This document shows positions 50,665 through 63,276 of a stretch of 64,000 nucleotides of DNA, piece by piece. The notes beneath the pieces are model-generated. The model ran no database searches. It was not told the origin of the DNA and saw only the letters and a list, made by a program, of their open reading frames with translations. How positions within the stretch are numbered: the stretch's first letter is position 1; each line of letters opens with the position of its first letter. The translations under genes and the position numbers were made by a program. The DNA is from a virus. Lineage: Duplodnaviria; Caudoviricetes. The stretch is taken from positions 64,001 through 128,000 of the IMG/VR virus record IMGVR_UViG_3300033076_001145. One strand, given 5' to 3'.

Positions 50665-51684
50665 TTACACATTCACCATCTTAAAGTTCATATCAACAAG
50701 ATTAACAGTCTCTGAAATTGATTTCATAATCAAATATGGATTACCATTTGATGCTGGTCGTCTGTCTTCAACATAACCTTTCCAATTATTCTGTTCAGTT
50801 GTTTGTGGAACTCTGATTGATGCACCTCTGTCTGAAACTCCCCAACTAAATGTATCAATTGATTGTGTCTCGTGTTTCCCTGTAAGTCTCATCTTATTCT
50901 GTGACCCGTAGTTTTCAATATGTTTGTGATGGTTTTTCTTTAACGCCGAGAATAACATTTCAAAGTAATCTTTTCCACCAACTTCTCTCATATGTTTGGT
51001 TGAGAAGTTTGTATGTAATCCTGAACCATTCCAATCACCATCTAAAGGTTTTGGGTGGTATTCAACTCTTACATTATAAGTTTCGCAAAGTCTTTGTAAT
51101 AGAAAGCGAGACAAAATTAATTGGTCACATGCTTCATATGTTCCCTTACCCATTACTTGGTATTCCCACTGACCTAAAGCAACTTCAGCATTAATACCTG
51201 TTAAGTTAAGACCCGCAGCTAAACAAACATCCAAGTGGTGTTCAACAATATTTCTTCCTGACACATTCCCTTCACCAATACCACAATAGTATTCACCTTG
51301 TGGTTTCATCCAACCTTTTTTGTGACCAATAGGTAACTCACCTTCACAAATGAAATACTCCTGTTCAAATCCAACCCACATATTTGAATCATCTTTGAGT
51401 TGTGACCTGTGATTTGATGGATGAGGAGTTAGGTCAGGATTTAATACCTCACATAAAACAAGGTATGCAGATTTTCTTTGGGGGTCTTTAATCATCTTAA
51501 CAGGTTTCAACATACAGTCAGAATAATTTCCTTCCGCCTGTTTTGTTGATGAGCCGTCAAAACTCCAAATTGGCAAATCATCCAATGTTGGTTCTTGTTC
51601 AGATTGATAGATTTTTGTCTTACTTCTAATGTTTGGTTCAGGTGTATAACCATCTAACCAAATGTATTCTAATTTAGTTATCAT
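50665..51684 (-). CDS. glnII: Glutamine synthetase type II
   Basis: EYIWLDG, RSKT, WSFDGSST.QA, GINAEV..GQWEYQ, DWNGSG.HTNFST, RLTGKHET, DRGASIRVP, EDRRPASN. Confidence 0.93.
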   Translation of the reverse strand: MITKLEYIWLDGYTPEPNIRSKTKIYQSEQEPTLDDLPIWSFDGSSTKQAEGNYSDCMLKPVKMIKDPQRKSAYLVLCEVLNPDLTPHPSNHRSQLKDDSNMWVGFEQEYFICEGELPIGHKKGWMKPQGEYYCGIGEGNVSGRNIVEHHLDVCLAAGLNLTGINAEVALGQWEYQVMGKGTYEACDQLILSRFLLQRLCETYNVRVEYHPKPLDGDWNGSGLHTNFSTKHMREVGGKDYFEMLFSALKKNHHKHIENYGSQNKMRLTGKHETQSIDTFSWGVSDRGASIRVPQTTEQNNWKGYVEDRRPASNGNPYLIMKSISETVNLVDMNFKMVNV

Positions 51685-52179
51685 ATATTTGTTTTGCAAT
51701 TATCACAGTATTGTGCGGGAATAGTTATCTCTCGAACTAACGCTCTTCTTTCTTCATTATCCATTTTCCAATATTCTTTAATCGGAACTTCACATTTAGA
51801 ACAGACCAAGTCTTTACCCCCGTTTTTATTCTTTTTAAATTTGGCAATTTTTATTTGCTTAATTCCAAGTTGAATATACGCTCTTTGGAAAGCGTCAACC
51901 CTCTCCATCTTTTCTCTACTTTGGATGTCTCCAGCCAAATCAATTAACTGTGGTCCCATACCTTTTTCATGGGCGTCCCACATCAATTCTTCAATTAACT
52001 CTTCATTAGAATAACTCATCGGTAAAAAAATAAATCTATCTTGTTAGTTTGTCAATAAGTAATCTCAAAATCTAATTAGGTTATTTCTATGAATTTTAAT
52101 TTGGATTTCTCGATTAAATATTTGTATTTTTGTATTCAAATTAATTGTAAGATATATTTATAAAAAAAACTATTATAAA

Positions 52180-53748
52180 ATGAGATTTACTAATTTATTA
52201 AAGTCTTTGATTATCGAGTCCTCTCGTTTCAAAACATTGTTTGATGCAAATGTTGAGGCACCAGGTCAAAAAAATTACTATGAAATGATTGGTATGAAAA
52301 AAGGAGCGTCTCAGGAAGCACTTGATTCAAAAATAGAAGCAATCAAACAAAAATTGGAATCAAACCCTGACAAAGATTCTCCAAAATTTGCGGAGTTAAA
52401 AAAGGCTTTGGATACTTTGGGTAATGAACAAAAAAGAAAGAAATACGATTCAACATCAGGTAAGAAAATTCCTTTCGAAATTTTCAAAGCAATGATTTTT
52501 GCTGACCCTGATACTAAAGTTCCGCAAGGTTTTGACAAAGAAAATGCAACACCTGAAGATATGGAAAAAGTAAAGGTTGGAGCATACACACAATGGATGT
52601 TGAAGAACTATCAGGAACCTAAGTTAGATTTACCTGATTATGTTAAAGAAGACCCAAAACAATATCAAAACGCAATTAAAGAATTCCGTAGATTGTTTAT
52701 CGAGGATATCGAAAGATTGAAAATTGATTTGTTGAAATTCCATAGATTTAAATCTAAATTAGAACAAAAGGATATTAACAAATACACTCCTGAGAGTTTG
52801 TCAGTCGCTGTTGAGGATTTCCGTTTAACAAAGGATGCCAAAACAAGTAAGGAAGAAAAACTAACAAAGGAAAATCCTTATCAATTCCCAGGTTCAGTTA
52901 TCGATTATGTTGGCCCTAATTGGACTGTCGTTCGTATCGATAACCATAAAGAAGCTGAGGACTATTCTAAAGCAAAGGCTGCGGCTTGTTACTTCGGAGG
53001 TTATTACGATACATCAAACGAATATGATGAAACCAATTGGTGCACCTCTAAGGTTGATGGTAGTTACTACGACACATACATCAAATCAGGTTCTTTATAT
53101 GTAATTTTACCAAACAGCGCTACTGAATTCGGTAAAAAGACAGGATTACCAAAAGAAAGATATCAATTCCACTTCGACCCAAGACATCCACAGTATATGG
53201 ATAGAAGAGACAGACCTGTTAAATTATATGACATGTTAAAAGATGGTGGTAGATTAGCTGAATTAAGAGAATACTTTAAACCTGAAATCGCTAAAGGTGT
53301 TTCATCACCTACAGGTTCTAAAGTTCAAATCCAATTCCCACAAGGACCTGCTGGATTATACGCATCTTTATACGGAGCAGATGACTTGTTAAATCAATTA
53401 GACCCAAATACAACTAATTTAATCTTAGAAAACACTGATAAGAGTTCTCCAATTAAATTAACTATCCCTAAGAGTATTGGTAACTTACAGAAGTTAAAGT
53501 CTATTCTTTGGGACGGAGTTATCGGTGAGGTTCCTGAGGAAATCTGTAACTGTAAGTCTTTAAGTATTATGGCACTTCCAAACAATCCTGACATGAAACC
53601 ACTTCCTGAGTGTGTTGCAAACATGGAGAAATTAACTTTCATTAATTTGATTGGTTGTGGTGAAGAAAATGGTAAATATAAATTACCTAAAAGTCTCCAA
53701 GAGACCGCAGTCGAAAGACAAATGCCAGGTCTATGGTATGTAGGTTAA
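52180..53748 (+). CDS. Multidomain protein: degenerate J-domain, central WC-motif domain, C-terminal leucine-rich repeats
   Basis: NYYEMIG...ASQE...NPDK...F..LKKALDTL....KRKKYD; ETNWCTS; IPKSIGNLQKLK, VPEEICNCKSL, LPECVANMEKL. Confidence 0.7.
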   Translation: MRFTNLLKSLIIESSRFKTLFDANVEAPGQKNYYEMIGMKKGASQEALDSKIEAIKQKLESNPDKDSPKFAELKKALDTLGNEQKRKKYDSTSGKKIPFEIFKAMIFADPDTKVPQGFDKENATPEDMEKVKVGAYTQWMLKNYQEPKLDLPDYVKEDPKQYQNAIKEFRRLFIEDIERLKIDLLKFHRFKSKLEQKDINKYTPESLSVAVEDFRLTKDAKTSKEEKLTKENPYQFPGSVIDYVGPNWTVVRIDNHKEAEDYSKAKAAACYFGGYYDTSNEYDETNWCTSKVDGSYYDTYIKSGSLYVILPNSATEFGKKTGLPKERYQFHFDPRHPQYMDRRDRPVKLYDMLKDGGRLAELREYFKPEIAKGVSSPTGSKVQIQFPQGPAGLYASLYGADDLLNQLDPNTTNLILENTDKSSPIKLTIPKSIGNLQKLKSILWDGVIGEVPEEICNCKSLSIMALPNNPDMKPLPECVANMEKLTFINLIGCGEENGKYKLPKSLQETAVERQMPGLWYVG

Positions 53749-53932
53749 AAGAATAAGAAAAGGGTCTGAAAAGACCCTTTTTTATTTTCTATTATATTTG
53801 AAATACTCTTGTCTGTCCTTATGTATTATCACTGAAAAGAAAGTGACATAGGATAAAATAAAAATTGAACTTACCATACTAACATATAGTCATAAGTCCT
53901 TTAAAGTGTGTTAAGACAAAGTTATGAAATTA

Positions 53933-56900
53933 TTAAAAGTAGTCACCTATATTTTCATTGACGCACTTATTAACTTTACGGTAATCGGCATAGTCATCCA
54001 ATGAAACTCGTAATTCATCTACCATACCTTCTTTCATTGCTTGTATCATTAAGTTATAATAACTACCGAAATATTTTATGGTATCATCATCCCATGTGCT
54101 GTCTTTTTTCTCAATGACCCATTCTTTAACTAAATTATATATACACTTTGTTGCGGGATATCTTCTAGCATACATAGTTCTTGTTTCATGTTTGCCAATA
54201 CTAGTATATACATTTTTTTTGTAACTATATTCTTCAAAAGTTGTATTATCAATTATTTCACCAACTAGTTCTGACATTATACTATCATACCAATTGTCAA
54301 TCAATTCACTATCATAACAACCTGAATAAAGACTATATAAGTCGCGTGTCACATCGTCTAACTCTCTGTTAATAACATATTTCATGGTTTCATCATCTTC
54401 TAAAATACGAGTGATAATATTATCATCTAATGTAACATACCCTCTACCTTGCTCTAAACCAATTTTTTCTAATAACTTTGAATTTATGTCTAACGCTCCT
54501 TTTTGGGTAAGTTCCTCACGAATTTTATCGTCAACCAATTTTTGGTTTTCCATAGTTAATACTTTATACACATCGTTATATTCGTCATTGGTTTTATCCC
54601 AATAACCCATATCATAATTACCTTCAATAATTTCTTCAATCGTTTCTCGGCTAACATCATTTCTACTTTTGCTAAAAAATTTAGAAAGCTCTTCTCCACT
54701 TGTATCAAAATAATATTCATCACCAATTTTTGTAACATCAGATAAAGTATCAACTATTTTCCATATATAGGAAGGGTCATTTTGATAAAAGATATAATTT
54801 AAATGATTTTCATAGTCATCCCAAACAACATTTCTTGGGTCTATATAACTAATAAGTCCTTCTTCTTTAATTAATTCTAAAAAATTACTAATCCCCCCAA
54901 ATGCCCCATCAACTATTTCAGTATCACCATCTTCAAAATCCTGAATAAATTCAATTAATGTTTTTTGAATTTTTGTCATTTCTTTTTCTTCAGACTCTTT
55001 TAAATCGTCTTTTTTCAAAAAATCAACCGTGAATTTTTTATTTCCTTCATCTTTCAAAACATCACCTAATAGTTTGATTAAATGACCTTGGTTTTGTTTC
55101 AATTCTCTGTGATATCCTAAATCAATATTTTCCATAACTTCATAATCTACACATTCAGGATTAAATGGAACCGCATCCAATACTGGATGAGTTACATATA
55201 TCACCCCATTTCTAATTAATAATACTTTTGTTGGTAACCCAATAAGGTCTTTCAAATGTTTCCAACAAAAAAACTCAGGTTTATCTTCTTTAAATCCTTT
55301 GATGTAAATTACATCACCCATTTTGAAGTCTTCCATATTAATATACTCTATCTCCTTTAAACTTTATTCTAGGTCTAATTTCTACCCACATATATTCATT
55401 ATTACACAATGTCTTTAAATTCCACAAATATGTTGTTATGGGGTCAAAAGTTAATATTACTTTTTCACTAAAATAGTCATCATCTCTTGAATCAAAAATA
55501 ATATTAGAATACTGTTCAAACATTGTTGAGACATCTACATATTCTTTCATATCTAAGGAAATTTCTAACTCACTACAGTCAGCTTCAACAGTGACTTCAA
55601 CACCTTCACCATAACTATCAATTTCAATATCTTTAATATTAACATTACACTTACCTCTAATTGCAATATAGTTATCACTATCCGTAGCCTTTATTTCTTT
55701 TATATCGTTAGCAATTTTTAATAATTCAGTCTTGTCTTTTGGACTAATATATGCTTCATACTTTGAAATGTCAGTATAGTAATTCACCAATTTGGTCATG
55801 TAGAAATATGCTGAAGGTCCTCCTGGTTTTTCTTTTGGTAAAAATTTTGTAAATTCATCAATTAATTCGTCAAAATATCCAGTTACCGCAACTCTACTAT
55901 ATGACAAGTCGTTTGGGTTATTAATATAAACATTCAAACTACCATCAGGTGCCAATTCACACAAATATTCCATCCCTTCGATTTCAAATTTTGGAGATTC
56001 CAAATAAGTATTGTAGAAAATTTCTATGGCTTCTTTATATTTTCCCATTATCAATAAATACTATATTTATAATAAATGGAAACAGAATTATTAAATACCG
56101 TAGTTGCAGTTTGGTCGGCTCATTTTGAAAATGAATTACAAGTATATGAAACTAAATATTATGATTGGGATGATGGTTCTCATGATGTTAAAATAGAGTA
56201 TTATGTTGAAAAACCAAAATCAGTATCGTTATTAAAAACAGTTAAGTTTTATAAAGTCGAGTATGATTTAGTAGTTGTTGGTGTGTATATTGACGGTGAA
56301 ATCACTTATCACCAAGATGACCTCCCTGAATCTTTGTGGGAGGATTTCGAGGCCAGTGTTCATGAAGAATATAATAAAATATTACCTTCAGGTTCATTAG
56401 TATTTTACGGAAATCTTATTTTTGATTACTCAAGAGGAAATATCAATGAAAACGAAGAAAAATTGTCCCAAGATAAGTTACTCATTTACATGATGAAAAT
56501 GTTAAATCCTGATGAGGAACTTTACATAGATTTTTATTTAAGCCCTGATAAGAAAAAGATTTATGTTGTTGGTGATGAAGATGTGTTGAATAAAAAATAT
56601 AGGGGTGATAGTTGGCTTGCTCCGAATCTCCTTGAACTTGTTCATCAAGCAAAAAGCCATATTAATTATCAAAGTCCTGAAGGATTAACAAGTGTAGTTT
56701 TTGTCAAAAAGAAAAATGATAAAAAATCAAACCTACAAGAAAGTAAGTTATATAACAATGATTTGAATAAGTTTATTCCTAATGTTAATTACATTGTAAA
56801 TAGAATATTGTCTGAGGAATTTGATTGGTTCAAAGAATTAAACATAACTTCTATTGAAACTTGTCGTTCAATGACAATTGGTAACTGCGTTATACTATAC

Positions 56901-57122
56901 GGAACAATAACAGTTGATGGGGATTGGGGATTTGCTCAATGGAGAAAATATCATTATGAATATCCATTCCATGACGATGTTGAAATACGCGATATAATGG
57001 GAAGTAACTTATTTTCAGAAGTAAAGGATTTATTAATACTCGGTTTGCAAGGTATTATCGGAGCTTCAATTAAAACATTATCCACGGAACTTAAAGTTAA
57101 GTTAGATAGTTCAGAAGATTAA
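53933..57122. CDS. Three acidic hypothetical proteins (53933-55336 -, 55338-56054 -, 56076-57122 +)
   Basis: Long intact ORFs; divergent TATTTAT motifs between 56054 and 56076. Confidence 0.55.
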
Positions 57123-57153
57123 TTTCCACATTCTTGTTTTTTAATTAATTTTA

Positions 57154-60100
57154 TTGTATTTTTGTGTTGTGAAGTATATTCATGTCAATCAACACAAGAT
57201 TAGGTCTAATAAGAAAAATAACTCATTAGAGCCCGTTATTACCATCAAAGAGGGTAGAAAGAATACCTATTGCTCAGAAGTTGAAATCTTGGGTCCCAGT
57301 CGTGTTATATACGGTGGAAATGATAAGACACTCTTATCCTGTGGAGCAAGAGTAATAATTCAAACTGAATCTGAAATTAATATAATACGATGAATAGCAA
57401 AAATACCCAAACAGATTTGACAGGACTTACAATAATGATTATTGTTTTTACAATTGTATTTTTAACAACTTTATTTGCAGTTTAATATGGCATCACTTGA
57501 AACACAATATTGGAATTTCTTAGAGTCAAACCCTGGCTCAACTCTTACCTTTGAGGAATGGAAAACAAAGTTGGGTAATGAATTAAAAGAATCAATTGAT
57601 AAACTTCAGTAAGATAATTATTCCCCATATTGTCCTGTGTGTTCAGGTTGTGGTGAAGATGGTTGTTGTAAAGCGACTATGTGTCAGATGAGTCCTGATG
57701 GAAGTTACTGTGGGTCATACCTTAGAGATTTGAAGATTGGTTATATAATGGATGAGTGGGTGATGGGGAACTTATATGAACAATTCACAGATGAAATGAA
57801 AGATGCTTACGATAAACAATACGATAAAACACTTGATAAGTTATGTCAACAGAAATAGAAAAATTAGAAAATCAATTAGAGGACTTTGAAATGGTTCGTT
57901 ACAGAATGGACTCAGAAGGTTTCCACTATTGTTTCAAACATTATTCATCTTTTATAGATGTTGATGATGATGAATTCCACAGATTAAGAAAAATGTATTT
58001 GGATGCATCTGAAGATTTGGAACAATATGTTTTGAAAAAGATTGAGAGTTTAAATGACAGGATATTGGCAACGGATATTAATACGGAAGAAGAAATAAAA
58101 ACATCAACCTTTGACCTTTATCTAAAATATAAAGATGAGTTTGCAGGTTATGAAGATGTTCCAAGTTATGATTGGTTTCTACACGAATTAAGGTTTAACG
58201 ATAAATTTAGAGAAAAATATGGGAAAAATAATTCTTGAGTTTGACAGTTTTGAAGAAAAAACTGAAGCACAAAACGCATTAGATGGTGGTAGCTGGAAAG
58301 CTTTGGTTAATGAATTTGACCAAGAACTACGCTCGGTCACAAAATATGGTGCAAGTTTGCTTGACCCAAAAAATGAAGCATCAGAAATTGAAATTGATGT
58401 TTGTGATAAATTACGAGAAATACTTCGTGATAAGTTAAATGAGTGGAATTTGAATTTGGATTAATATGGAAAGAGAGCGAACTATTGACGAGGTTTATGA
58501 GAGATATGCGATAATTGCGGGAATGACTGGACAGGTGGAGAGTTTGACAAAAGAACAATTCATTAATAAAGTTAATACCGATGATGAGTTTGCAAGGAAG
58601 TGGGAAATAAAAAAATGAAATAATATGACAACAGTAAAAATTAAAAGTGGTGATTGGGAAGTCGAAGTTTCAACAAAATACGATTACAATTACGCTTATG
58701 ACATAGTTAATTTCTTAACCTCATCAATTGAATCGGCGGTTAAAAACTATGTTGAACCAAAATCAGCAATTAAACAATCTGACTTGGATATTAGAGACAA
58801 TCAGATTGAGTTACTGAAGGAAGATTTGGAGGTAGTTCATATGTATTTGGATGACCTGTTATTACCAAGAAAAGATGATAATGGTGAAACCTACTCAATC
58901 GTTGGGAGAATCAAACAATTTGAAAAGAATATGGTTGAACAAGTGTCAAACTTGGAATCAATGTATCTTGAAGAACAAGAGCAAATGTATTCTGAGAAGG
59001 AAGTTGAAAAAATACTTGAATCTCAAAGAGGGAATAGTTATGTTGCGGTATTGAATAAAACAAGGGACGAGGAACTTTCCGTTGTTGCGGGAAGTGCTCC
59101 TGAACCAGGACATTGGAGAAAAACCAAAATAGACCCTGAAAAGGTAATTAAAGTTGAGCCAAAATTACAAAAAGATTATACAATATGAATCAAATGAATA
59201 ATTTAGAAATAACACCAGTATCCGAAATGGAAGCTGACACCACAAGAGTATGTGAAATCAGATTTGATTGTTTGGTTACAATGCACGATGTGGGATTTAA
59301 GAAAATTAAGACATACCCATTTGGTTTTGAAATGGTAAAACAATCTAAAACACCTCAATGGTTTAGAGCAAACCATGTAATAACATTGGAAGGTGTTAAA
59401 CACGATGACCCATATGAACTTGGAATGAGAATTAAACAAATGTTCCATCAATTAGAATATACAATCAATAAGTATGAAAACGGAACAATATAAAAAATAT
59501 TTAGATTATGAAAGTTAAAATAGGGAACCAAATATATGATTCATCTAAAACGCCAGTACTATTAATATTGGATGACTTGGATAAAAAGAATATAACCGCA
59601 ATGCTCCCCACAGCTACCAAGTATTGTGCTTTCCCAGGTAAAGGATGGGATACTGAAGAAATTAGGGAGTTTATGAAGGTAAATGAATAAAAATATTTAG
59701 TCTATGAGTAACGAAAAATACAATCAGATTATTGATGATGTGTATAAAAATTATTTGAAAGTGGAAGGAAAAAAGTTCCACGAAAGAACCGAAGAACTTC
59801 GCAAATGGGCTACAGTAGAAGGTCCGTTTGGACCTGGTGGTCTTCTTAAAAAAGAAGAGTTCATCAACAAAATCAAAACAGATGATGAGTTTGCTAAGAA
59901 GTGGGGTTTGAAGATAGAGGAAAGAATAGTATTAGAACAAGTAGACCAAAACAACCCAATATTAAAAGGGAGTGCCGCATTATACTCGCGTAAACTAATC
60001 ACAATAACATATAACAACGAAACAATAGAAGTTTATGAATAACCTAGATAAACAATACACAGACCTATCATTACCAGACCAACCTCTTTATGAATTGGAA

Positions 60101-60235
60101 AATTTAGAATATCTCTATACAATGTATAAACGAACTGTTGAAAAGGGTAAACCAAATCAAAGAATGGCTGAACAACTTAAAACATATATTGATATAATAC
60201 AAGTAAAAACTTTAATGAATGAACAATCTAGATAA
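57154..60235 (+). CDS. Run of short co-oriented hypothetical genes
   Basis: Tightly packed + strand ORFs (57154, 57637, 57843, 58219, 58466, 58625, 59185, 59508, 59704, 60035). Confidence 0.55.
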
Positions 60236-61376
60236 ACAATACACAGACCTACTCCAAACAATTTTGGATTATGGTGTTGAAAAGAAAGACAGAACAGGAA
60301 CTGGTACCAAATCAATCTTTGGTTATACCATCCGTCATAATATGAAACACGGCTTTCCACTTCTTACAACAAAGAAGATGGCTTTTAAGACAATGGTAAC
60401 TGAATTACTATGGTTTTTAAGAGGTGATACCAACATCAAATACCTTGTTGATAATGATTGTCATATTTGGGATGGTGATGCGTATAAGAATTATGAACGG
60501 AGATGGGAAACCGAAGGTAAATTTCTATCACCACCTGTTAATAAATTTACAAAGGAGGAGTTCATTAACGAAATAAAAACAAACCCAATGGTTGCTAAAG
60601 AATTAGGGGAATTAGGACCTGTGTATGGTAAGCAATGGAGAAGTTGGGATACTTATGAATTTATTGATGATGAAGTCCATACAATTAAAATAGACCAAAT
60701 ACAAAACCTAATCAACGACCTTAAAACAAATCCTGATTCACGCCGACTAATGGTTTCGGCTTGGAATCCAGGTGAATTAGACCAAATGGTTCTTCCACCT
60801 TGTCATTATGGATTTCAAGTTTATACAAGAGAGTTGAGTCGAAAAGAAAGAGTTGATTTGTATATTAAAAAGTATGGAGATACTGGAATGGATTATGAAA
60901 AATATAAAGATACAATCCCAACCAGAGCAATCTCTCTAATGTGGAATCAACGAAGTGTAGATACACTATTGGGGCTTCCATTTAATATTGCATCTTACGG
61001 ATTACTATTAACAATGATTGCGGATGAAGTTAATATGGTTCCTGATGAATTGATTGGCAACTTGGGTGACACCCATCTTTACCTAAACCATATTGAACAA
61101 GCCAAAGAACAGATTGGTAGAGATTTGACTGATGAGGAAAGATATAACATTTGGTTTGATAACAATTATGAAACAGGAATGGAAAGATACTTTGACCCAA
61201 ACAAACTTCCAAACTTTGATGACCCATATTACGAACCAACCCCAAAGAGAACAAGAGAACCTTATCCACTACCAAAAGTATCAGTTAGAGATGGTATTCA
61301 TTGTTCATCGGTTAATGATGTTATCTTGGAGAACTACAAATCACACCCAGCAATTAAAGCACCTTTATCAAATTAA
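60219..61376 (+). CDS. thyA: Thymidylate synthase with insertions
   Basis: DRTGTGT, FPLLTTKK, ELLWF, GPVYGKQWR, SRR, LPPCH, QRSVD..LGLPFNIASY, HLYLNH. Confidence 0.95.
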   Translation: MNNLDKQYTDLLQTILDYGVEKKDRTGTGTKSIFGYTIRHNMKHGFPLLTTKKMAFKTMVTELLWFLRGDTNIKYLVDNDCHIWDGDAYKNYERRWETEGKFLSPPVNKFTKEEFINEIKTNPMVAKELGELGPVYGKQWRSWDTYEFIDDEVHTIKIDQIQNLINDLKTNPDSRRLMVSAWNPGELDQMVLPPCHYGFQVYTRELSRKERVDLYIKKYGDTGMDYEKYKDTIPTRAISLMWNQRSVDTLLGLPFNIASYGLLLTMIADEVNMVPDELIGNLGDTHLYLNHIEQAKEQIGRDLTDEERYNIWFDNNYETGMERYFDPNKLPNFDDPYYEPTPKRTREPYPLPKVSVRDGIHCSSVNDVILENYKSHPAIKAPLSN

Positions 61377-62384
61377 CATATGTCAAAAGATATAAGAACC
61401 TGGGTTAAACAGGAAAAAAGAATTGTCCGACTTTTATATAGGAAAGGTTTTATCACCGACGCTCATTTCAAATGTAAAGATTTGTATTGGGCGGAGTATA
61501 GAACTGGTAAAAAACGAAGACAAAGAAAAGGAGAACCAAAGTATAAGTTTTCAATCTATTATCCCGAAGTTCATTATTGTTCTACGGATTATTGGGGTGA
61601 GAGTGATGAACATAGTATTGTCCAACATTTCTTGGATACATTTTATTGGACAAACATTGATGAAAGAAATTGGAATCCAAACAACGGAGAGTTTCCAAAA
61701 ACTTTATTCAAAAACTTTGACAGAAAGAAATTTATCAAGTATCTTTCTTCATTACCAACAAAGATTGGTGACAATAAAATAAACAAAGTATTAGCTAAAA
61801 GAATAATTTATTAAATGGAAAAATATTACGTAAATGTTAAAATTGAAGGTGGTAAGTCAGAAATAAATGAGATTTTATCGCTGTTTGCTAAAATCCAATA
61901 CTTAGGTAGTGTTGGTTCAACAGTTACCATACCAGTTGTTGTTGATGGTGATGGTTCAGGACAATTAAAATTCACAACAACAGATACTGAAAATAATTTA
62001 ATCAATGATTTTAAAATTGAATCATTTAAGAAAGAAGTTAATGACGGAGTTGAGAAAATAGAATCACACTGGATAGGGGAATAATATATGATACACTTTT
62101 TAAGAAACAAACAAAACAGAACCATCATTGAATGTGAGGTTTATAATGGTGATTTACATACCGCAACGAATATTGAGGAATATTCAAAAATGTTAATTGA
62201 TTTACACGACAAAGATTTACATTACCCTTTTATCCTGTCAATTTCAGATTTGGATGAGATTCGTGGATGGTGGTGGGAACAGGCTGAAGATAGTGGTGAA
62301 TACAAATCAATAGATGATTTTGTAAAAGAAAAATTTTTGGAAGTTGCAGAAAAACATAATCTTAATTATGTAACTGATTAAAAT

Positions 62385-62807
62385 ATGAAAACAAAAGTAT
62401 ATTCCGCCTTTCCTGGCGTTGGTAAAACAACCTATTTCAACACAACGGAAAAGAATGTGTTGGATAGTGATAGTTCAAAGTTTGACAAGAAAAACTTTCC
62501 GGCAAACTACATTGAACATATTGAAAAGAATATTGAAGACCCAAATGTGGATAAGATTTTAGTATCATCACATAAGGATGTTAGAGATGCTCTTGTTAAA
62601 AAAGGAATACCATTTGTTTTGGTATATCCAAACAAAGACATCAAAGATGAATATATCCAAAGATATAAAGACAGAGGTAATAACGATGCGTTTGTTGAGT
62701 TGTTGGATAAGAATTGGGATAATTGGATGGATGAGATGGATAACCAAAAAGGTTGTTATAGAGTTAAGTTAAATTCAGGTCAGTATCTTACTGATGTAAT
62801 TGATTAA
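62385..62807 (+). CDS. P-loop kinase-like protein
   Basis: SAFPGVGKTT Walker A; LDSDSS. Confidence 0.7.
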   Translation: MKTKVYSAFPGVGKTTYFNTTEKNVLDSDSSKFDKKNFPANYIEHIEKNIEDPNVDKILVSSHKDVRDALVKKGIPFVLVYPNKDIKDEYIQRYKDRGNNDAFVELLDKNWDNWMDEMDNQKGCYRVKLNSGQYLTDVID

Positions 62808-63276
62808 TGATGACAATAAAAAATAAATTTAATATAGGAGATGTGGTTTATATCAATTCAGATATTAATCAAACACCGCAGACCATAATTGCGATTACGG
62901 TTTATAGTGATGAGTATTATACCTATAAATTGAACTCAAAAGACGATTGCTCGGACTATCGTGATTATGAAATATCCTATGATAAAAATGTGTTGTTAAA
63001 AATTGAAAATTATTAAGTTATGATAAAATTTAGAATAGTTGAAGTTATTGAAAATTCAGGGAGTGATGACAGGAAAGGTTATTGGATTATTGAGCAAAAG
63101 AATTTGTTTAGCTGGAAAGAAATTGGTCAGGATGAAGGACCTAAATATAAAAGTATAATCCACAAATCTTATGAAGAGGCCGAACTTTACCTGTTAAACA
63201 ATTACACAGGACACGGAGTTTGTAGAAAGTATGGAAATGTTTATACTTATAACCCTTACACTTATTATATGTAATT

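Noticed and set aside
60219-61376. Intron or intein in thyA
   Set aside because: The frame is continuous and the insertions are short, with no intein C/S...HN motifs.
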